Source: Anaeromyxobacteraceae bacterium
Lineage (GTDB): Bacteria; Myxococcota; Myxococcia; Myxococcales; Anaeromyxobacteraceae
Direction of reading: 5' to 3'
DNA length: 64,000 nucleotides
NCBI GenBank assembly: GCA_032654565.1
Contig: JAULAX010000015.1
Coordinates: forward strand, 416,001 to 480,000
A model generated the notes under the pieces. The model was not told where the DNA came from. It made no database searches and saw nothing but the letters and a program-made list of their open reading frames with translations. Made by a program: the position numbers and the translations under genes. This document shows positions 1 to 7,846 of the stretch, piece after piece (the stretch's first letter is position 1; every line of letters begins with the position of its first letter).

Positions 1-163
1 GGAGGGCGCGGCCGGCGGGCCGGACGGGCAGCAGGGGCGGGGTGGGCATGGCCCACACCTTAGCCTTTCACCAGCAGTCAGGATGGGCCACTTCGCCGAA
101 GCCGGCTGGTCCCCCCCTGCCGCCCGCCGGCGCGGAGCCCCGGGGTCGGGAGGGCGACCCTGC

Positions 164-556
164 CTACTCCTTGAACACGCAGAGCTTCTCGCCGACCAGC
201 ACCTTGGCCTGCTCGGTGGTGAGCATGAGCTGCGTGGTCACCTGGCGGACGCTCTTCCCCTTGGTGTTCCCGGCCGCGTAGCTCACCACCATGAAGCGCT
301 GGGCCGGCTCGGCCTTGGGCTTCTTGCTGCCTTCCTTCTCGCGCCGGGCGTTGAGCTGGGTGCCGTCGAGCACCTCCACCGCGGTCACCTTCCCCTTGGC
401 CATCTCCGGCTTGCACGGGCCGAGCAGCGCCGCCCTGGCGTCGGCCAGCGCCTCGGGGCCGGCCGGCAGCGCCTTGGCGGCGTCGGCGGGTGCAGCCGCG
501 GGGTCGGCGGCGAGGGCGGCGGCGAGCAGGGCGGCGGCGAAGATCGAGGTGGTCAT
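164..556 (-). CDS. Small secreted hypothetical protein (130 aa)
   Basis: ATG at 556 begins MTTSIFAAALLAAALAADP (signal-peptide-like), followed by a Lys-rich globular part with two Cys. GC3-rich codons. Confidence 0.7.
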   Translation of the reverse strand: MTTSIFAAALLAAALAADPAAAPADAAKALPAGPEALADARAALLGPCKPEMAKGKVTAVEVLDGTQLNARREKEGSKKPKAEPAQRFMVVSYAAGNTKGKSVRQVTTQLMLTTEQAKVLVGEKLCVFKE

Positions 557-719
557 GGCGTGGGTCCTTTGGGCGCGGTGGCGCGTGGGGCGGAGCGGTG
601 CGTGCGGCGATGGGGCGCGGTGGTGCGTGGGCGCCTGGAGCAGCGCGCGGAGGGGATGATACCGCGGAGGAGGGGGGAGCCGCGGCACGGCACCCATCCG
701 TGAGTTATGACTAGGCACC

Positions 720-2489
720 TTGTCCAGCCACGCCCCCTCCCGCGAACCCGCCGTCGCCCCCCGCGCCTCGCTGCGCCGCCTCTCCCCCCTCTTCAAGGAG
801 GAGGTGGGCACGCTGATCGGCGCCACCGCCCTGCTCCTGCTCGGCTCGCTGGCGGCGCTGGCCTACCCGCAGGGGATCCGGATCATCGTCGACGGCGCCG
901 TCGGGGTGGGCGATCACTTCACGGTCCGCAACGCCGCCTTCGTCATGGGCGGGCTGGCCCTGCTGCAGGGGGTGGCCGTGGCCGGCCGCGCCTGGCTCTT
1001 CAGCCTGGCCGGCGAGCGCGGCGTCAAGCGGGTGCGCGAGCAGCTCTTCCGCTCGCTGGTCTCGCAGGAGGTGGCCTTCTTCGACGGCCAGCGCACCGGC
1101 GACCTGCAGTCGCGCCTCTCCTCAGACACGGCGTCCTTGCAGGGGCTGCTCTCCTCGCAGCTCTCCATGGCGCTGCGCAACGTGGTCCAGGTGATCGGCG
1201 CCCTGGCCCTGCTCATCTACACCTCGCCCAAGCTCACCGGCGTGATGCTGGCGGTGGTCCCGGCCGTGGCCTTCGGCGCCGTCTACTACGGCCGCAAGAT
1301 CCGCGGCCTGGCCCGCAAGTCGCAGGACGCCCTGGCCGACGCCGGCCACGTCGCCGAGGAGTCGCTCTCCGCCATCCGCACCGTGCGCGCCTTCGCCGCC
1401 GAGGACGCCGAGGACAAGCGCTACGCCGCCGCGGTCACCACCGCCTTCGGCTTCGCCCGCACCCGCTCCCTGGCCGGCTCCATCTTCATGGGGGCCACCT
1501 ACACCGGCATCTACGCCGCCATCGCCCTGGTGCTCGGCTACGGCGGCTCGCTGGTGGCGGCCGGCGAGCTGACCGCCGGCGCCCTCACCGCCTTCCTGGT
1601 CTACACGCTGCTCATCGCCATGGGGCTGGGGACGCTGGCCGACATCTGGGCCGAGTCGATGCGCGGCCTCGGCGCCGCCGAGCGGGTCTTCGAGCTCATC
1701 GACCGGGCCCCGGCCATGCTGCTGCGCGGCGGGCGGACCCTCACGCGCGTCGCCGGCCGCCTGGCCTACGAAGGGGTCCACTTCACCTACCCGGCCCGCC
1801 CCGACACCGAGGTGCTCCACGGCGTCGACCTGCTGGTCGAGCCGGGCGAGGTGGTGGCGCTGGTCGGCCCCTCGGGCTCCGGCAAGTCGACGCTCGGCGC
1901 CCTGCTGGTGCGGCTCTACGATCCCTCGTCGGGCCGGCTCACGCTCGACGGCGTCGACCTGCGCGAGCTCGACCCCTCCTGGCTGCGCGGCCAGGTGGGC
2001 GTGGTCTCGCAGGAGCCGGTGCTCTTCTCCACCACCATCGCCGAGAACGTCCGCTACGGCCGCCCCGGCGCCACCGACGCCGAGGTGCGCGACGCCCTGA
2101 AGAACGCCAACGCCCTCTCCTTCGTGCTGGCCTTCCCCGACGGGCTCGACACCAAGGTTGGCGAGCGCGGCCAGCAGCTCTCCGGCGGCCAGAAGCAGCG
2201 GGTGGCCATCGCCCGCGCCATCCTCAAGGACCCGCGGCTGCTGCTGCTCGACGAGGCCACCAGCGCCCTCGACGCCGAGTCGGAGGCGCTGGTGCAGGAG
2301 GCGCTCTCCCGGCTCATGAAGGGGCGCACCTCGATCGTCATCGCCCACCGGCTCTCCACCGTGGTCGGCGCCGACCGGGTGGTGGTGATCGACGGCGGCC
2401 GGGTGGTCGAGTCGGGGCGCCACGCCGCGCTGGTCGGCCGCGGCGGCGCCTACGCCCGGCTGGTGGAGCGCCAGGTGCTGCGGGGCTGA
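720..2489 (+). CDS. ABC exporter, fused permease/ATPase (ABCB/MsbA-like)
   Basis: Six hydrophobic segments, Walker A GPSGSGKS, signature LSGGQ, Walker B LLLLDE, H-loop IAHRL. TTG start uncertain. Confidence 0.93.
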   Translation: MSSHAPSREPAVAPRASLRRLSPLFKEEVGTLIGATALLLLGSLAALAYPQGIRIIVDGAVGVGDHFTVRNAAFVMGGLALLQGVAVAGRAWLFSLAGERGVKRVREQLFRSLVSQEVAFFDGQRTGDLQSRLSSDTASLQGLLSSQLSMALRNVVQVIGALALLIYTSPKLTGVMLAVVPAVAFGAVYYGRKIRGLARKSQDALADAGHVAEESLSAIRTVRAFAAEDAEDKRYAAAVTTAFGFARTRSLAGSIFMGATYTGIYAAIALVLGYGGSLVAAGELTAGALTAFLVYTLLIAMGLGTLADIWAESMRGLGAAERVFELIDRAPAMLLRGGRTLTRVAGRLAYEGVHFTYPARPDTEVLHGVDLLVEPGEVVALVGPSGSGKSTLGALLVRLYDPSSGRLTLDGVDLRELDPSWLRGQVGVVSQEPVLFSTTIAENVRYGRPGATDAEVRDALKNANALSFVLAFPDGLDTKVGERGQQLSGGQKQRVAIARAILKDPRLLLLDEATSALDAESEALVQEALSRLMKGRTSIVIAHRLSTVVGADRVVVIDGGRVVESGRHAALVGRGGAYARLVERQVLRG

Positions 2490-2513
2490 CCCGCCGTCCC
2501 ACCGCCTTCCCGC

Positions 2514-5500
2514 TCAGCCCGCGGCGGCCGCCGGCCAGACCAGCCGCTTCGCCACCGGCCGGGCCTTCAGGTAGGCGGAGCCGCCGGCCAGCGCCACCGC
2601 CAGCGTCGCCGCCGCCAGCAGCCAGAGCAGCCAGGCCGGCGCGGTCACGTAGAAGCCGGCCACGCCCACCCCGGCCAGCGCGAACCAGGCCACCTTCTGC
2701 ACCAGCGCCAGCCGCGTCAGCCGCTGCAGCAGCGGCGCGTCCAGCTCGGCCAGCCGCTCGAAGAGCACCTGCTCCTGGCGCCAGTAGGTGTAGATGACCG
2801 GGATGATCTCCAGGGTCAGGAAGGCGCTGGTGAGCAGGCCGCCCACCATGGGGGCGGCGATCCGCTTCATGACGTCGGCCCCCGAGCCGGTGGCCCAGAG
2901 CAGCGGGATCAGGCCGGCCAGCATGGTGGCCACGGTCATCAGCTTGGGGCGCACCCGCTGCACCGTCCCCTCCATGTGGGCCCAGATGATGTCGGAGAGG
3001 TCGCGGATCTTCCCGGCGGCGCGGCGCCGCTCGTAGGCGTTGTCGATGTAGACGATCATGACGATGCCGGTCTGGGCCGCCAACCCCACCAGCGCGATGA
3101 TGCCGATCCAGACCGCGGTGGAGAGGTGGTAGTCGAGCGCCCACATCAGCCAGACGCTGCCGGTCAGCGCGAAGGGGATGCTGAGCAGCACGATCAGCAC
3201 CTCGGTGAAGTTGCGGAAGTGCAGGTAGAGCAGCAGCACGATCAGCAGCAGCGTCAGCGGGATCACCAGCTTCATCCGCTCCGCCATCTTCACCAGCTGC
3301 TCGTACTGGCCGGTCCACTTGAGCAGGTAGCCGGTGGGCATGGCCAGGCGGCCGTCGGCCTGGGCCCGCTGCACGATCTCCTTGGCCTCGTCGACGTAGC
3401 CGCCCACGTCGCGGACCGCGGTGTCGATGTCGACGTAGACGAACCCCACCAGCAGCCCGCCGTCGTCGCGGATCATGGGCGGGCCGCCGGCGATGCGCAC
3501 CTCGGCCACCTGGCCGAGCGGCACGAAGGTGCCGGTGGAGCTGGGGCCGCCGGTGGCCGGGCCCCATCCGGACGAGGGGGCGTCGGAGACGATGGGGGAG
3601 GTGATGGCCAGCGGGTTGCCGCTGGAGGGCTTGCCGGGTCCGGGCGAGCCGGCCGAGGGGGCCCCCATGGTGCTCATGTTCTGCGCCAGCAGGATGCGCG
3701 GCTCCTCCACCGGCTCCAGCGACCCGGTGGTGCCCATGCCGCCGCCCGGCTTGCCGCTGCCGCCCACCGGCACCAGCAGCCGGCGCAGCTGCTCGACGTC
3801 GTTGCGCAGGTCCTGCGGGTAGCGGACGTTGATGGAGAAGCGGTTGCGGCCGTCGACGGTGATGCCGATGGGGGCGCCGCCGATGGCCGCCTCCACCACC
3901 CGGTTCAGGTCGCCCACGGTCAGGCCGTAGCGGGCCAGGGCGTCGCGGTCGGGGATGATGTCCAGGTAGAGGCCGCCGGTGTTCCGCTCGTAGAAGACGC
4001 TGCGGGTCCCGCTGATGGGGCGCAGCAGCCGCTCCAGCTCGATGCCGATCTTCTCGATCTCGGCCAGGCTGGTCCCCATCACCTTGACCCCCACCGGCGT
4101 GCGCACCCCGGTGGAGAGCATGTCGACCCGGCCCTTGATGGGCATGGTGTAGGCGTTGGTCCAGCCGGGGAACTGCATCCTGGCGTTCAGCTCCTCCACC
4201 AGCAGCTCCCAGGTCATCCCCTTGCGCCACTGCTCCTTGGGGCGCAGCCGCACCGTGGTCTCCACCATGGTGAGCGGCGCCGGGTCGGTGGCGGTCTCGG
4301 CCCGGCCCACCTTGCCGAACACCGTCTCCACCTCCGGGACGCTGCGCAGGATCCGGTCCTGCAGCTGCAGCTGCCGCTTGGCCTCCTCGATGGACAGCCC
4401 GGGGAAGGTGGTGGGCATGTAGAGCAGGTCGCCCTCGTTGAGCGGCGGCATGAACTCCGAGCCCAGCCGCCAGGCCAGCGGCACCGCCGAGAGCAGCGCC
4501 AGCAGCCCCATGGCGATGGTGGACTTGGGGCGGCGCAGGGCCACGAAGACGAAGGGCTTGTAGAGCCGGATGATGAAGCGCGAGACCGGGTGCTGCGACT
4601 CCGGCCGGATGCGGCCGCGGATCAGCAGGTCACGCAGCGCCGGGGCGAAGGTGATGGAGAGGACCGCCGCCGACAGCATCACGAAGGTCTTGGTCCAGGC
4701 CAGCGGCTTGAAGAGCTGCCCGGCCTGCCCGGTGAGGGTGAAGACCGGCAGGAAGGCCACGGCGATGATCAGCAGCGAGAAGAAGAGCGCCGGGGTGACC
4801 TCGCGGGCCGCCTCGGCCAGCAGCTTGTGGCGATCGGCGCCGGGCGGGGCGTGCTCCAGCTTCTTGTGGCTGGCCTCGATCATGACGATCTCGGCGTCCA
4901 CGGTGGCGCCGATGGCGATGGCCAGGCCGCCCAGGCTCATGATGGTGGCGGGGATGTCCAGCAGGTACATGGGGATGAAGCTGACCGCCACCGCCACCGG
5001 GATGGAGAGGATGGGCAGCAGCGCCGAGCGGACGTGGAGCAGGAAGAGGATGATCACCAGCGCCACCACGATGGCCTCCTCGATGAGGGCGGTCCGCAGC
5101 GTGGCGATGGAGCGGTGGATCAGGCCGGAGCGGTCGTAGGCGATCTCCACGGTGACCCCGGGCGGCAGCCCGGGCTTGAGCTCGGCCAGCTTGGCCTTGA
5201 CCCGCTCGATGACGTCGAGGGCGTTCTCGCCGTAGCGCATCACCACGATGCCGCCCACCGCCTCGCCGTCGCCGTTCCACTCCAGCAGGCCGCGGCGGAT
5301 CTCCGGTCCGAAGCGCACCTGGCCGACGTCGCGCAGCAGGATGGGCACGCCGTTGGGGCCGCTGGCGCGGATGGCCACCTTCTCCAGGTCGCCGAGCTGC
5401 TGGACGTAGCCGCGGCCGCGCACGTAGTACTCGCGCTCGGAGAGCTCGATGACCCGGCCGCCGACGTCGTCGTTGGAGTCGCGGATGCGGGCGATGACCT

Positions 5501-6113
5501 CGTCCAGCGTCACCCCGTAGGCGCGCAGCCGGGCCGGGTCGACCGTCACCTGGTACTGCTTCTGGTAGCCGCCGACGCTGGCCACCTCCGCCACCCCGGG
5601 CACGCTCCCCAGCGCATAACGGAGCGTGAAGTCCTGGAAGGTGCGCAGCACGTCGAGGCCGTTCTGGCCGGTCTTGTCCACCAGGGTGTACTGGAACACC
5701 CAGCCCACGCCGCTGGCGTCCGGCCCCAGCGCCGGGTTGGCCCCCTGCGGCAGGCGGGCCTGCAGCGACGACAGGTACTCCAGCACCCGGCTGCGCGCCC
5801 AGTAGACGTCGGTCCCCTCCTCGAAGATGACGTAGACGAAGCTCATCCCGAACATCGAGTAGCCGCGCACGTCGGCCACCTTCGGCGCCGAGACCAGCGC
5901 CGAGACGATGGGGTAGGTGACCTGGTCCTCCACCAGCGTCGGCGACCGGCCCATCCACTCGGTGAAGACGATCACCTGCGGGTCGGAGAGGTCGGGGATG
6001 GCGTCCAGCTTGACGTGGCGGATCGACCAGATGGAGGCGGCGCAGGCCACCGCCACCCCGAAGAGGACGAGGAGGCGGTTGCGGGCGCAGAACTCGATGA
6101 TCCTGGAGACCAT
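2514..6113 (-). CDS. cusA: Heavy-metal efflux RND permease, CusA/CzcA family (Cu/Ag type)
   Basis: N-terminal LDAIPDLSDPQVIVFTEW, LGPDASGVGWVFQY, GSEFMPPLNEGDLLYMP, RVRPKLMT, KRIAAPMVGG. All are typical CusA motifs. Confidence 0.95.
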   Translation of the reverse strand: MVSRIIEFCARNRLLVLFGVAVACAASIWSIRHVKLDAIPDLSDPQVIVFTEWMGRSPTLVEDQVTYPIVSALVSAPKVADVRGYSMFGMSFVYVIFEEGTDVYWARSRVLEYLSSLQARLPQGANPALGPDASGVGWVFQYTLVDKTGQNGLDVLRTFQDFTLRYALGSVPGVAEVASVGGYQKQYQVTVDPARLRAYGVTLDEVIARIRDSNDDVGGRVIELSEREYYVRGRGYVQQLGDLEKVAIRASGPNGVPILLRDVGQVRFGPEIRRGLLEWNGDGEAVGGIVVMRYGENALDVIERVKAKLAELKPGLPPGVTVEIAYDRSGLIHRSIATLRTALIEEAIVVALVIILFLLHVRSALLPILSIPVAVAVSFIPMYLLDIPATIMSLGGLAIAIGATVDAEIVMIEASHKKLEHAPPGADRHKLLAEAAREVTPALFFSLLIIAVAFLPVFTLTGQAGQLFKPLAWTKTFVMLSAAVLSITFAPALRDLLIRGRIRPESQHPVSRFIIRLYKPFVFVALRRPKSTIAMGLLALLSAVPLAWRLGSEFMPPLNEGDLLYMPTTFPGLSIEEAKRQLQLQDRILRSVPEVETVFGKVGRAETATDPAPLTMVETTVRLRPKEQWRKGMTWELLVEELNARMQFPGWTNAYTMPIKGRVDMLSTGVRTPVGVKVMGTSLAEIEKIGIELERLLRPISGTRSVFYERNTGGLYLDIIPDRDALARYGLTVGDLNRVVEAAIGGAPIGITVDGRNRFSINVRYPQDLRNDVEQLRRLLVPVGGSGKPGGGMGTTGSLEPVEEPRILLAQNMSTMGAPSAGSPGPGKPSSGNPLAITSPIVSDAPSSGWGPATGGPSSTGTFVPLGQVAEVRIAGGPPMIRDDGGLLVGFVYVDIDTAVRDVGGYVDEAKEIVQRAQADGRLAMPTGYLLKWTGQYEQLVKMAERMKLVIPLTLLLIVLLLYLHFRNFTEVLIVLLSIPFALTGSVWLMWALDYHLSTAVWIGIIALVGLAAQTGIVMIVYIDNAYERRRAAGKIRDLSDIIWAHMEGTVQRVRPKLMTVATMLAGLIPLLWATGSGADVMKRIAAPMVGGLLTSAFLTLEIIPVIYTYWRQEQVLFERLAELDAPLLQRLTRLALVQKVAWFALAGVGVAGFYVTAPAWLLWLLAAATLAVALAGGSAYLKARPVAKRLVWPAAAAG

Positions 6114-6116
6114 GGG

Positions 6117-7682
6117 CTACTTCCCGTGCCCTTCGACCGCCGCCCGCAGCCGGCTCTCCGAGTCGAGCAGGAAGTTGGCCTTGATGACCACCTTCTCGCC
6201 CGCCGCCAGCCCCTCCAGCACCGCCACCTTGCCGCCGCCGCTGGCCCCGGTGCGCACCGCCCGCGGCTCGAAGCGGCCGCCGCCGCGGTCGACGAAGACG
6301 TAGCGGTGGGCGCCGGTGTCCACCAGGGCGTCGGCCGGGATCACCACAGCCTCGGCGGCGCCGGTCTCCAGGGTGACGTCGCCGAACATGCCGGGGCGAA
6401 GCTCCATGCGCGGGTTGGCCAGCTCCACCCGGGCCTGCAGGGTGCGGCTGCCGGTGTTGAGCGCCGGGCTGATGAACCCCACCTTGCCGGCGAAGCGCTG
6501 CCCGGGGGCCGAGGTGGTCTCGAAGGTGGCCTTCTGCTGCAGCCGGATGCGAGCCAGGTCGCTCTCGTAGACGTCCACCAGCACCCAGACCGTGGAGAGG
6601 TCGGCGAGCTGGAAGATCTCGGAGCCGGCCTGCACGAAGAGCCCCTTGAGCACGTTCTTGCGGGCCACGTAGCCGCGCACCGGGGCCCGGACCGGCACGG
6701 TCCGCTGCGGCACGCCGGCCTGGACGATGGCCTCGATGTCCTCCGGGGCCACGCCGAACAGCTCCAGCCGCAGCCGGGGGTCGCGCTCCACGTCGGTGAC
6801 CAGCTGGGGCACGCTGGGGCCGGTGGCCTTGGGGCCCGACCACTTGATGGCGTTGAGGAAGACGGTCTGGGCGTTGAGCATCTCCGGGCTGTAGACGGTC
6901 ATCAGCAGCTCGCCCTTCTGCACCAGCTGCCCGGTCTGGGCCACCGCCAGCGACTCCACCCAGCCGGAGTAGCGGGTGCTGACGCTCACCAGCCCGGCCT
7001 CGCTGGCCACCACGAAGCCGACCGCCCGCAGCGAGGTGCCGAGCGGCTCCAGGGCGGCCACCGCGGTCTTCATGCCCATCAGCTGGATCCGCTCGGAGGA
7101 GAGCTCCACCGGCACCAGGCCGGGGACGCCGGCGGTCATGGGCATGGCGGCGGGCATGGGCGACCCGGCGGCCATGGCGGCGCCGGCCGGGGCGGGCGAG
7201 GCGGCGGCGACCCGCGGCACCAGCTTCATCTTGCACTTCGGGCAGCGGGCCTTCGGGTCGGTGGTGACCACCTCCGGGTCCATGGGGCAGGTGAACTCGG
7301 GCGGGCCGGCCGGGGAGGGGGCGGCCAGGGCGTTGCCGGTCGCCATGGCAGGCATGGCGCCCGTCGTCGGCGCGGCGGGGGTCGCGGCCGGGGTGGCCAC
7401 GGTGCCACCCGGCACCAGGTCCATGCCGCAGATCGGGCACTCGCCCTTGTGGTCGGTGACGATCTGCGGGTGCATCGGGCAGATGAACTTCTGCCCCTGC
7501 ACCACGCTCGACGAGGAGCGGGTGGCCAGGTGGTAGCCCCAGGCGCCGGCCGCGGCCAGGGCCATCAGCCCCACCAGCCCCCAGCGCACCAGCGCCATGG
7601 TCCGGGTCCCCGGCGGGGCCTGCTCCTCCCCCTCGGGCATCGCCTCGTGCCCACCCTGGTGCGGCCGCTGGCTCTCGCTCAT
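6117..7682 (-). CDS. cusB: RND periplasmic adaptor, CusB family, with two heavy-metal-binding domains
   Basis: N-terminal TM, CPMHP..CPICGMDL and CPMDP..CPKCKMKL, MFP core (ADLSTVWV, LRPGM), C-terminal NFLLDSES. Located 3 nt upstream of cusA. Confidence 0.92.
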   Translation of the reverse strand: MSESQRPHQGGHEAMPEGEEQAPPGTRTMALVRWGLVGLMALAAAGAWGYHLATRSSSSVVQGQKFICPMHPQIVTDHKGECPICGMDLVPGGTVATPAATPAAPTTGAMPAMATGNALAAPSPAGPPEFTCPMDPEVVTTDPKARCPKCKMKLVPRVAAASPAPAGAAMAAGSPMPAAMPMTAGVPGLVPVELSSERIQLMGMKTAVAALEPLGTSLRAVGFVVASEAGLVSVSTRYSGWVESLAVAQTGQLVQKGELLMTVYSPEMLNAQTVFLNAIKWSGPKATGPSVPQLVTDVERDPRLRLELFGVAPEDIEAIVQAGVPQRTVPVRAPVRGYVARKNVLKGLFVQAGSEIFQLADLSTVWVLVDVYESDLARIRLQQKATFETTSAPGQRFAGKVGFISPALNTGSRTLQARVELANPRMELRPGMFGDVTLETGAAEAVVIPADALVDTGAHRYVFVDRGGGRFEPRAVRTGASGGGKVAVLEGLAAGEKVVIKANFLLDSESRLRAAVEGHGK

Positions 7683-7761
7683 GGTATCGCTCCTCGGAAC
7701 CTAGAAAGCCCCACAATGGCGGGGCGGTCAACGTCGCAGGAGGGGCGAGGCAACCGGCCCC

Positions 7762-7799
7762 AAAAAGAGAACAGGGGCTGCCCTCTCGGGCAACCCCTG
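7762..7799 (-). terminator. Intrinsic terminator after the multicopper oxidase
   Basis: Minus strand CAGGGGTTGCCC-GAGA-GGGCAGCCCCTG (12-bp stem with one G-U pair, GNRA loop) followed by TTCTCTTTTT. Confidence 0.85.
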
Positions 7800-7846
7800 C
7801 GCTCACAGGAACCGCGGTCCGGGCCGGGGCCCGGGCGCGGCGGCCG

